Shown: in pieces, positions 23,060 through 29,644 of the stretch
Numbering within the stretch: position 1 is the stretch's first letter
Layout of the letters: every line of letters starts with the position of its first letter
DNA from: Planctomycetales bacterium
Lineage (GTDB): Bacteria; 4484-113; JAFGCY01
Direction: 5' to 3'
Assembly: GCA_022646745.1 (NCBI GenBank)
Contig: CP060262.1
Coordinates: forward strand, 390,001 to 422,000
Length of the DNA stretch: 32,000 nt
Notes under the pieces: generated by a model
What the model was told of the DNA's origin: nothing
The model's input: the letters and a program-made list of their open reading frames with translations, nothing else
Databases searched by the model: none
Position numbers and translations under genes: made by a program

Positions 23060-23425
23060 ATGTTCTATGTGCTCTATGCCCTGATCGGGATTGCGGCTGG
23101 CATGCTCGGCGGATTCGTCGGCGTGGGCGGCGGCATCATCATTGTCCCCGCGCTCGTGTTCCTGGCCGGCTATTCGCAGATCAAGGCCCAGGGTACCAGC
23201 CTCGCGATCCTGCTGCCGCCGATCGGCCTGCTGGGCTTCATGCAGTACATGAAGAACCCTGACACGAAGATCGACCTGGTGGCGGCCGGCATCATCGCTC
23301 TGTTCTTCGCGGTCGGGGCGCACTTCGGCGGCAAGCTGGCCAACAGCATCGAGCCGGCGATCGTGCGCAAGAGCTTTGCAATCCTGATGTTCGTCACATC
23401 CTTCATGCTGTTCTTCAAGAAGTAG
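23060..23425 (+). CDS. TSUP (TauE/SafE) family membrane protein, half-size (4-TM) form
   Basis: GMLGGFVGVGGGIIIVPALVFL and QGTSLAILLPPIGLLG are typical TauE/SafE motifs. 121 aa. TAGAAT lies 6 nt upstream of the ATG. Confidence 0.8.
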   Translation: MFYVLYALIGIAAGMLGGFVGVGGGIIIVPALVFLAGYSQIKAQGTSLAILLPPIGLLGFMQYMKNPDTKIDLVAAGIIALFFAVGAHFGGKLANSIEPAIVRKSFAILMFVTSFMLFFKK

Positions 23426-23453
23426 CCTGCGGGCTGCAACTCGACTTCTGGTC

Positions 23454-23459
23454 TATAAT
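23454..23459 (+). promoter_or_regulatory. -10 box TATAAT, 6 nt upstream of ATG 23466 (the uORF ahead of the CNNM gene)
   Basis: Spacer 23460-23465. Confidence 0.45.
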
Positions 23460-23465
23460 CAGCCG

Positions 23466-23525
23466 ATGGAAGCCACCGACGACGAGGCCTCGCGGATACG
23501 CCCAGGGGGGGTGATCGCGCGCTGA
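23466..23525 (+). CDS. Putative leaderless 19-codon upstream ORF (MEATDDEASRIRPGGVIAR) preceding the CNNM gene
   Basis: TATAAT (23454-23459) lies exactly 6 nt upstream of ATG 23466, the geometry seen at six other genes here. It stops 10 nt before the TTG start of the next gene. Support is positional only. Confidence 0.3.
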   Translation: MEATDDEASRIRPGGVIAR

Positions 23526-23535
23526 CGCGGCCGGC

Positions 23536-24855
23536 TTGGAAGTCCTGATAGCCATCCTGATCATCGCCGTGCTGATAATGCTCAGCGCATTCTTCAGCGG
23601 CGGCGAACTGGCGCTGATGTCGCTGGACCTGGTCTCACTCGAGGACCGGGCAAACTCCGGCGACCGCATCGCGCAGATGCAGCTCACGATGCGCCGCCGC
23701 CCACAGCGCACGCTGGGCACGATCCTGATCGGCAACAACATCGTCAACATCATCGCGCCGACCTTCGCGACACTCACCGCGCAGAAGCACCTCGCCCCGC
23801 TGCAGGGCATCGGCGAGCATGCCACGCTGATCAGCACCATCGCCATGATCGTGCTGGTGACGATCTTCGGCGAACTGGTGCCGAAGACCTTCGCCGCGGT
23901 GCGCGGGCAGCGCGTTGCCAAGCTGGTGACACCGCCGCTGTACATCCTGGACATGCTGCTCCTGCCCGCCAACTGGCTGCTGGAGGCGGTGCTCTCGCCG
24001 CTGATCCGCTGGCTGACCGGCGGGCGCACCAACGTCGAGCAGCGCATCGGCCCCGGTGAGCTGCGGGCGGTGCTGACGGCGGCGATGGCCGGCGGGCATG
24101 TCAACAAGCAGGATGTGGCGATCGCGCGCGAGGCGATCCAGATGTCGCACCGCGACCTGGAGGACGTGATGACCCCGCGCGTGGAGATTGAGGCCCTGCC
24201 GGTGACGGCGACGGTCGGCGAGGCGATGCACCTGATGGACTCCACCGGGCACTCGCGCATCCCGCTGTACGAGGAGAGCGTTGACAACATCACCGGCGTG
24301 CTGATCCTGAAGGACCTGGTGCACGTCAGCCTGCGGGCCGCGGTCGGCGGGCTGGACCCGGGGGACCGCTGGGCCTCGGAGCCGGCTGTGACCTACCGCC
24401 GCGAGGTGCTGCACTACCCCGGCACAAAGGGCATCCTCGAGACGATGAGCGAGATGAACCGCAACCGCGTGCACCTCGTGGTCGTTGTCGACGAACATGG
24501 CGGGACCGACGGGATCGCCACGCTGGAGGACATCATCGAGGAGCTGATCGGCGACATCCGCGATGAGACGGACACCGAGCACCACGCGGACATCGTGCGC
24601 ATCGGCGAGGGCTTCATGCTGATCACGGGGCGCGCGCGGATCGACTCGATTGACATGCTGGACGGGGTGGACACCACTGAGCTGGACAGCAACAGCGTGG
24701 GCGGGCTGATGATGGAGAAGCTGGACCGCGCGGTGGTGGCCGGTGACGTGCTGGAACTGCCGGGCCTGAAGCTGACGGCGCTGAAGGTGATTGGCAACAC
24801 GGTGAAGCTGATCAGGGTGGAGGAAGTTGGGGAAGAGGAAACAGAATCAGAATGA
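23536..24855 (+). CDS. CNNM/CorB-HlyC family protein (DUF21 membrane domain, CBS pair, CorC_HlyC domain); putative Mg2+/Co2+ efflux or hemolysin-like transporter
   Basis: SAFFSGGELALMS and FGELVPK (DUF21), a CBS pair (VMTPRVEIEAL..., HLVVVVDEHGGTDGIATLEDIIEELIGDI), and a C-terminal CorC domain. The only in-frame start after the upstream stop is TTG 23536, and it has no SD. Confidence 0.88.
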   Translation: MEVLIAILIIAVLIMLSAFFSGGELALMSLDLVSLEDRANSGDRIAQMQLTMRRRPQRTLGTILIGNNIVNIIAPTFATLTAQKHLAPLQGIGEHATLISTIAMIVLVTIFGELVPKTFAAVRGQRVAKLVTPPLYILDMLLLPANWLLEAVLSPLIRWLTGGRTNVEQRIGPGELRAVLTAAMAGGHVNKQDVAIAREAIQMSHRDLEDVMTPRVEIEALPVTATVGEAMHLMDSTGHSRIPLYEESVDNITGVLILKDLVHVSLRAAVGGLDPGDRWASEPAVTYRREVLHYPGTKGILETMSEMNRNRVHLVVVVDEHGGTDGIATLEDIIEELIGDIRDETDTEHHADIVRIGEGFMLITGRARIDSIDMLDGVDTTELDSNSVGGLMMEKLDRAVVAGDVLELPGLKLTALKVIGNTVKLIRVEEVGEEETESE

Positions 24856-24896
24856 GAAACAGCAGACCGGAGCGGAGGCTTCCAGCCGCCGGAATC

Positions 24897-24918
24897 GGAG
24901 GCCAGACGAGAGTCTGGC
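24897..24918 (+). repeat. Second copy of the GGAGG + GCCAGAC-GAGA-GTCTGGC hairpin, downstream of the CNNM gene
   Basis: Identical to 1256-1277. Confidence 0.8.
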
Positions 24919-25061
24919 AACTGTCTGAAACAGTTTAGATAGTCTTAATAGTGGAAGAAGTTGTTAGTTGCTAGTTCTTAGTGGCAGCGCTGCTCACCGC
25001 TGGAAAGTGCTCAGTTGCCAGCCAGAGCAATCGCCCTCTCGCGAAGAGAGCAAAACTAGGA

Positions 25062-25118
25062 GACGTAGGGTGGCGGTAATACCGCCACCGGGATGGGGTG
25101 TTACCCCATCCCTACTTC
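25062..25118 (-). repeat. Y-shaped element type 1, copy 4, inverted orientation
   Basis: The reverse complement matches the 8552 copy through both inner hairpins. One mismatch in the outer stem. Confidence 0.85.
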
Positions 25119-25134
25119 AGATCCAAGAGCCGGT

Positions 25135-25394
25135 GGAGCAGCGTTGCGCAGGCGTAGCCGAAGCTGCGCAAGCTTTGTAACGAATATAGCCAGCGAAGCT
25201 GCGCTTCGCGGCTCCTCCGGAGTGTCGCTCCAAGAGCGACATGGCCCCGTAGCTCCCAGAGCCACACTCCGATCCGTTGTCAGACTGTCGTCTGAGCTCC
25301 TTGCCGAGCTTGCGCTCGACCTCCCCGCCTGACTCGCGTCAGGCCTCCGAGCCCGGCTTGCGCCGGACCTCCGTTGTCAGCTTTACAGCTGACA
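25135..25394 (-). repeat. Composite repeat family C, copy 1 (~250 nt): GC-rich box, Y element type 2, hairpin/CCTCC array
   Basis: Collinear with 27657-27900 at high identity by eye. 29405-29642 is a more diverged third member. Confidence 0.8.
25219..25270. repeat. Y-shaped element type 2
   Basis: GGAGTGT CGCTC-CAA-GAGCG ACATGGCCCC GTAGCTC-CCA-GAGCCAC ACTCC. Confidence 0.85.
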
Positions 25395-25447
25395 TCCGCT
25401 CCAAACTCCAACCCCCAAACTCGTTGTCAGCTTTATAGCTGACCTCC
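25280..25447 (-). repeat. Array of six short hairpins, each followed on the plus strand by (A/C)CTCC (GGAGG + hairpin in the sense of the PLP-enzyme gene)
   Basis: TCAGAC-TGTC-GTCTGA, CGAGC-TTGC-GCTCG, CCTGAC-TCGC-GTCAGG, CCGGC-TTGC-GCCGG, TGTCAGCT-TTAC-AGCTGACA, GTCAGCT-TTAT-AGCTGAC. Confidence 0.85.
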
Positions 25448-25469
25448 GCTACGCCCGACTACCCAGGTC

Positions 25470-26663
25470 CTACACCCTCGCCAGAGCCTGTTCAAGGTCA
25501 GCGATGATGTCCGCCGTGGTCTCGCAGCCGATGCTGAAGCGCACCATCCCGTCAGGGATGCCGGCCTCCTGGCGCTCCTCAGAAGTCATGCCGACATGCG
25601 TCATGCTGGCCGGGTGCTGGATCAGGGTGTCAACGCCGCCGAGGCTGACCGCCAGTGAGCAGAGGCGGACCGCATCCATCATGGCCTTGCCGGCCTCCAG
25701 CCCGCCCTTCAGCTCGAAGCTCATCAGGCTGCCCGGCCCGCTGGCCTGCTTCTCGTTCAGCTCGCGCTGCGGATGGGACTTCAGCCCGAGGTAGTGCACC
25801 CGCTTGACCTTCGGGTGCTTCTCCAGCCACTTGGCAATCTTCTTCGCGCTCTTCTGCATCTGCTTCACGCGCAGCTCCAGCGTCTTCAGGCCGCGGATCA
25901 CAAGCCAGGCCTGGTGCGGGTCCATCGTGGCCCCGAGGTGGTACCAGGCATGGTGCACCTCCTTGTAGTGCTCCTTGTGGGCGAACACGATGATGCCGCC
26001 CACCACGTCGGAGTGGCCGTTCAGCGACTTCGTGATGCTGTGCACCACGATGTCCGCGCCGTGCTCGATCGGGCGCTGCAGCACGGGGCTGAGCACGGTG
26101 TTGTCAACGGCCAGCAGGCAGCCGTTGCCATGCGCGATCGCGGCTGCGGCCGCGATGTCCGTCACCGCGATCGCCGGGTTGGCCGGGGTCTCGATGAAAA
26201 CCATGCGGGTGTTGGGCTTCATCGCCGCGCGGATGTTGTCGGCATCGGAGCTGTCAACGAAGCTGAATTCAACGCCGAAGCGGCTCCAGTGGCGCTCAAT
26301 GTTGATGCGGGTCGGGGCATAGATGCTCTCGCTCATCACGATGTGGTCGCCGGCGTTCAGCAGCGCGAAGAACAGCGTGTTCACCGCGCCGATGCCCGTC
26401 GAGCAGGCCAGCGCATCGGCTCCGCCCTCCAGCGAGGCCACATTGCGCTCGAGCACGTCGATCGTTGGGTTGGCCAGCCGGGTGTAGATGTAGCCCTGGG
26501 TATGGTCCTTGAAGCACTGCGCCCCGTGGTCCGTGTTGCGGAACTTGTAGGTGGAGGACTGCACGATCGGCGGGATCACCGACCCGTACTCATCCCCGTG
26601 GAACCCACCGTGGATGCTGCGGGTCGCAAAACCCTCGAATTCATGCTCATGCTTGTCTGACAT
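25470..26663 (-). CDS. Cys/Met-metabolism PLP-dependent enzyme, methionine gamma-lyase / O-acetylhomoserine sulfhydrylase-like
   Basis: TRSIHGG..., SSTYKF, YTRLANPT, and the PLP-lysine block HSITKSLNGHSDVVGG. 397 aa. GGAGG lies 7 nt upstream of the ATG. Confidence 0.88.
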   Translation of the reverse strand: MSDKHEHEFEGFATRSIHGGFHGDEYGSVIPPIVQSSTYKFRNTDHGAQCFKDHTQGYIYTRLANPTIDVLERNVASLEGGADALACSTGIGAVNTLFFALLNAGDHIVMSESIYAPTRINIERHWSRFGVEFSFVDSSDADNIRAAMKPNTRMVFIETPANPAIAVTDIAAAAAIAHGNGCLLAVDNTVLSPVLQRPIEHGADIVVHSITKSLNGHSDVVGGIIVFAHKEHYKEVHHAWYHLGATMDPHQAWLVIRGLKTLELRVKQMQKSAKKIAKWLEKHPKVKRVHYLGLKSHPQRELNEKQASGPGSLMSFELKGGLEAGKAMMDAVRLCSLAVSLGGVDTLIQHPASMTHVGMTSEERQEAGIPDGMVRFSIGCETTADIIADLEQALARV

Positions 26664-26699
26664 AGTAATTCCTCCAGTCCGCGTGCCTGATGGCCTGCA

Positions 26700-26707
26700 A
26701 TTATAAT
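26700..26707. promoter_or_regulatory. Bidirectional overlapping -10 boxes in AATTATAAT: TATAAT on plus for rsmA (leaderless) and TATAAT on minus for the PLP enzyme (36-nt leader with GGAGG)
   Basis: Plus TATAAT at 26702-26707. Minus TATAAT is the reverse complement of 26700-26705. Confidence 0.5.
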
Positions 26708-26713
26708 CCCGCC

Positions 26714-27616
26714 ATGCTCGATCAGTTCGTACAGCAGGCCCTCGAAAGGGCGAGAATCCGCCCCAGCCGCGCCAAGGGCCAGCATTTCCTGATAGATGAC
26801 CGGGTGCTAGCGGAGGTTATTCGGGCCGCCGAGCTTACGCCGGAGGATTACATAGTCGAGATCGGGCCGGGGCTCGGCACACTGACCACTTCACTGGCGC
26901 GCCGTGTGAAGAAGGTGTTCGCCTTCGAGCTGGACGAAGGCCTGGTGCGCTACCTGCACAACTGGGTGCTGCACGACAACCCGAACATCGAGCTGGAGGA
27001 CATCGCCTTCAACAAGTACGTGCTGGAGAAGGTGATCGAGCGCGCCAAGGCTGACGGGGCACCGCTGAAGATCGTGACCAACCTGCCCTACCAGATCAGC
27101 TCGGCCTTCCTGCACACTCTGGTGGAATACGCCGAGGACATCCAGCTGAGCGTGGTGATGCTGCAGAAGGAAGTCGCGCAGCGCGTGACGGCGCGGCCCG
27201 GCGACCCGGGCTACAACTCCTTTTCGATCTACCTGCAGACCTGGCTGTCGGCGCGGATGGTCTGCGATGTGCCGGAAGCCAGCTTCATGCCGGCGCCGAA
27301 GGTCCGGAGCGCGGTGATCCGCATCCGCCCGCTGGAGGACCGGGAGAAGCCGATGCCTCTCAACCGCGACATCTACTTCCACCTCGTTGAGAACGTGTTC
27401 CGCCAGCGGCGCAAGCAGATCAGCAATTCGCTGAACTTCGCCTTCGGGCACCTCTCCCAGGAGCAGGTGCAGCAGGCGCTGGAGACGGCGGCGATAGACC
27501 CGGTGATGCGCGCGCAGGACCTGTCGATGGATGACTACGTACGCCTCAGCGATGCTCTCGACGGGCTGGGCGTGATGGCGAAGCGGAAGGGGCGGGATTG
27601 GGAGGAGGAAGAGTAG
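26714..27616 (+). CDS. rsmA: 16S rRNA (adenine1518/1519-N6)-dimethyltransferase
   Basis: KGQHFLIDDRVLAEVI, the SAM-binding VEIGPGLGTLT, and NLPYQISS. I prefer the ATG at 26714 because TATAAT (26702-26707) lies 6 nt upstream. The ORF-track ATG at 26690 is the alternative. Confidence 0.88.
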   Translation: MLDQFVQQALERARIRPSRAKGQHFLIDDRVLAEVIRAAELTPEDYIVEIGPGLGTLTTSLARRVKKVFAFELDEGLVRYLHNWVLHDNPNIELEDIAFNKYVLEKVIERAKADGAPLKIVTNLPYQISSAFLHTLVEYAEDIQLSVVMLQKEVAQRVTARPGDPGYNSFSIYLQTWLSARMVCDVPEASFMPAPKVRSAVIRIRPLEDREKPMPLNRDIYFHLVENVFRQRRKQISNSLNFAFGHLSQEQVQQALETAAIDPVMRAQDLSMDDYVRLSDALDGLGVMAKRKGRDWEEEE

Positions 27617-27660
27617 TCAGTAGGCAGTGGGCAGAAGGCAAAAGGCAGGAGGCAGAGGGA
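27617..27660. repeat. GGCAGNN heptamer array starting right after the rsmA stop
   Basis: GTCAGTAGGCAGTGGGCAGAAGGCAAAAGGCAGGAGGCAGAGGGA. Confidence 0.75.
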
Positions 27661-27743
27661 GCTGCGTTGCGAAGGCGAAGCCGTAGCTGCGCAGGCTCTG
27701 TCTTGTCAGCAAAGCCAGTGATGCTGCGCTTCGCGGCTCCTCC

Positions 27744-27796
27744 GGAGTGTCGGTCTCAAGACCGACAGGGCCTAGTGGCTCCCAGAGCCACACTCC
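27744..27796. repeat. Y-shaped element type 2
   Basis: GGAGTGT CGGTC-TCAA-GACCG ACAGGGCCTA GTGGCTC-CCA-GAGCCAC ACTCC. Confidence 0.85.
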
Positions 27797-27805
27797 GATC
27801 CATTG

Positions 27806-27900
27806 CCAGCTTTACAGCTGGCCTCCTGGCCGAGCTGGCGCTCGACCTCCCCGCCCGGCTCGCGCCGGACCTCCGTTGCCAGGCTAACAGCCTGGCCTCC
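27806..27900 (-). repeat. Array of four hairpin + CCTCC units abutting the CYTH stop codon
   Basis: CCAGCT-TTAC-AGCTGG CCTCC, CGAGC-TGGC-GCTCG ACCTCC, CCGGC-TCGC-GCCGG ACCTCC, CCAGGCT-AAC-AGCCTGG CCTCC. Confidence 0.85.
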
Positions 27901-28529
27901 TACAGCTGTCCGAGCAGGCGCAGGCCGCGGGCGTACTTGCCCTCGGCGGCGATGCGGCCTCCATATTCCTGACGGACCCAGTCCGCCGCCTTCAGGAGCA
28001 CGTCGTCAGCCACGCCGTGGCTTTCCAGCTCGATCACATACTCACCGGCGGTCTCTTCACTGCCCGGCAGCGAATAGGTGCACTCATCGATTGACACGTT
28101 CAGCACCTTGCCGGGGTCACCGAGGTTGGCCTCGCGGGCCAGCTCGCTGATCTCGAGGATGGTCTCCATCTTCTGGTTGACGAGGCTTTCGGTCAGGCCG
28201 CCGAGGAACTCGATCACGCTGCCGAAGTCCGGCTCCGTCAGCTTGAGCTTGTGCTCATCTCGGATGAACAGCGTGTCATGCTCCTGCAGCGGGCGCTTGT
28301 AGGTCAGGCGGAACTCGTTGCCGGAGAATACGTTGCCGAGCTTCTGGCGCACGCGCAGGCTGTGGTCAATCGCCAGGAGCGCCATGTCCGGGGTATCCAC
28401 CATGCGGTCGTAGGTGGTGCTCATCCCAAGCGTCTGCAGCGGCAGGTCCAGATGATGCGCGAGGCCCTCCAGCAGCTTGTGCGGGTCGGGGTCCTGCTCC
28501 ATCACGATCTCGATTTCTCTCTCTTCCAT
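27900..28529 (-). CDS. CYTH-like (triphosphate tunnel metalloenzyme/class IV adenylate cyclase fold) protein
   Basis: N-terminal EIEIV (an ExExK-like strand, with the Lys replaced by Val), alternating charged beta-strand pattern (RVRQ, FRLTYK, HKLKL, VIELES) and terminal KYARGL. Start set at ATG 28529, which has AGGTGG 7 nt upstream and TATAAT further up. The ORF-track extension to 28646 is not supported. Confidence 0.6.
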   Translation of the reverse strand: MEEREIEIVMEQDPDPHKLLEGLAHHLDLPLQTLGMSTTYDRMVDTPDMALLAIDHSLRVRQKLGNVFSGNEFRLTYKRPLQEHDTLFIRDEHKLKLTEPDFGSVIEFLGGLTESLVNQKMETILEISELAREANLGDPGKVLNVSIDECTYSLPGSEETAGEYVIELESHGVADDVLLKAADWVRQEYGGRIAAEGKYARGLRLLGQL

Positions 28530-28556
28530 ATGCACCACCTGTACTTGCGGGCAGGG

Positions 28557-28564
28557 ATTATAAC
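28557..28564. promoter_or_regulatory. Bidirectional -10-like core ATTATAAC: TATAAT on minus for the CYTH gene, TATAAC on plus for the NosL-like gene
   Basis: Minus TATAAT is the reverse complement of 28557-28562, 27 nt upstream of ATG 28529 with AGGTGG in between. Confidence 0.4.
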
Positions 28565-28639
28565 AGACCACAGGCCGGAACAAGGCCCCCCGGATGGCAG
28601 TCTGGTAGCATGTACCGGGATAATCCCGGAAGCACAACA

Positions 28640-29197
28640 ATGACACACATCATCCGCACAGTAAAGGCTCGCAGCAGGGTTCTGCTGCCGATCGCGGCAC
28701 TGGCCGCCGGCATCTCCTGCCTGCTGACGCAGAGCGCCGAGGCGGAGATCCGCCACAAGGAACGCTGCAACATCACCCAGCTCGTGCTGGAGGACTGCCC
28801 CAACGGCATCCGCGCGGACTTTGACAACGGGCGGCACCTGTGGAGCTTCGCCGTCGCCGGGCCGATCGCCTTCGCCGAGAAGATGGAGACCTACCTCGAG
28901 GAGCCGGTGGCGGTCTACATCGTGGATTACCCGACGCGCAACGATGAGAACATGCGCATGGTGGACGTGGAGAAGGCCTGGTTCCTGTATGACGCTGAGG
29001 GCGACGAGTCGCTCAGCCAGTCGCCGCATATCTACGGCTTCCGCCAGAAGGAAGCCGCGGTGGAGGCTCAGAAGGAAGTCGGCGGCGAGCTGAAGCGCTG
29101 GGACTACGTGTTCGAGCAGGTGACGCAGATCGCGGAAGACTGGGACCCCTCGGCGAAGTACCGCCGCGGCAGCCTGCGTGAGGGTGGACGGAAGTAG
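28640..29197 (+). CDS. Secreted/lipoprotein-like protein, possibly NosL-family (copper chaperone-like)
   Basis: Signal peptide MTHIIRTVKARSRVLLPIAALAAGISC. The C-terminal SPHIYGFRQKEAAVEAQKEVGGELKRWDYV resembles the NosL 'aF.s...A..fa...gG.v' block. ATG 28610 is the alternative start. Confidence 0.45.
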   Translation: MTHIIRTVKARSRVLLPIAALAAGISCLLTQSAEAEIRHKERCNITQLVLEDCPNGIRADFDNGRHLWSFAVAGPIAFAEKMETYLEEPVAVYIVDYPTRNDENMRMVDVEKAWFLYDAEGDESLSQSPHIYGFRQKEAAVEAQKEVGGELKRWDYVFEQVTQIAEDWDPSAKYRRGSLREGGRK

Positions 29198-29433
29198 GAA
29201 GGAGAGGTTGGGGGTTGGAGTGGGGAGTTTGGATGGTGGAAGAAGTGGGAGAAGTGAGAAAGTAGGGCAAGGCCACCGTGCCTTGCCGAGGATGGCAACT
29301 GCCATCCGTTTGGTGGCCAGTTGTCAGTGGCCAGTGGTCAGTTGCTGTCGGAGTAGCGGTGTAGAGGCAAAGCCCTAGGTGGGCAATCTTGATCCCTTGT
29401 AACAAAGCCGGCGAAGCTGCGCATCACGGCTCC

Positions 29434-29485
29434 GGAGTGTCGCTCTGAGAGCGACAGGGCCATGTAGCTCTGAGAGCTACACTCC
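29434..29485. repeat. Y-shaped element type 2
   Basis: GGAGTGT CGCTC-TGA-GAGCG ACAGGGCCAT GTAGCTC-TGA-GAGCTAC ACTCC. Confidence 0.85.
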
Positions 29486-29522
29486 GACCTCCTAACTCCA
29501 ACCGCCAAACTCCAAACCTGTT

Positions 29523-29642
29523 GCCAGACTTTCGTCTGGCTTCCGGGCCAATCTTGCGCTCGACCACCGAGCCTGGCTCGCGCCAGACCTCCAATGGTGC
29601 AGCTTTGCAGCACCTCCGATGGCACAGCTTCGCAGTGCCTCC
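29523..29642 (-). repeat. Array of four hairpin + CTCC units abutting the MoeA-like stop codon
   Basis: GCCAGAC-TTTC-GTCTGGC (same stem as 1260/24901), CTGGC-TCGC-GCCAG ACCTCC, GTGCAGC-TTT-GCAGCAC CTCC, GGCACAGC-TTC-GCAGTGCC TCC. Confidence 0.8.
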
Positions 29643-29644
29643 GG

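Larger units (their letters stand above)
27657..27900 (-). repeat. Composite repeat family C, copy 2; fills the whole rsmA/CYTH convergent spacer
   Basis: The module order matches 25135-25394. Its last base is the first base (on the plus strand) of the CYTH stop codon. Confidence 0.8.

Noticed and set aside
23505-23511. Frameshift in the G7 homopolymer that would fuse ATG 23466 to the CNNM reading frame
   Set aside because: Removing one G creates an immediate TGA. Adding one G leads to a stop before 23550 in the wrong frame. No single-base slip joins the two frames.
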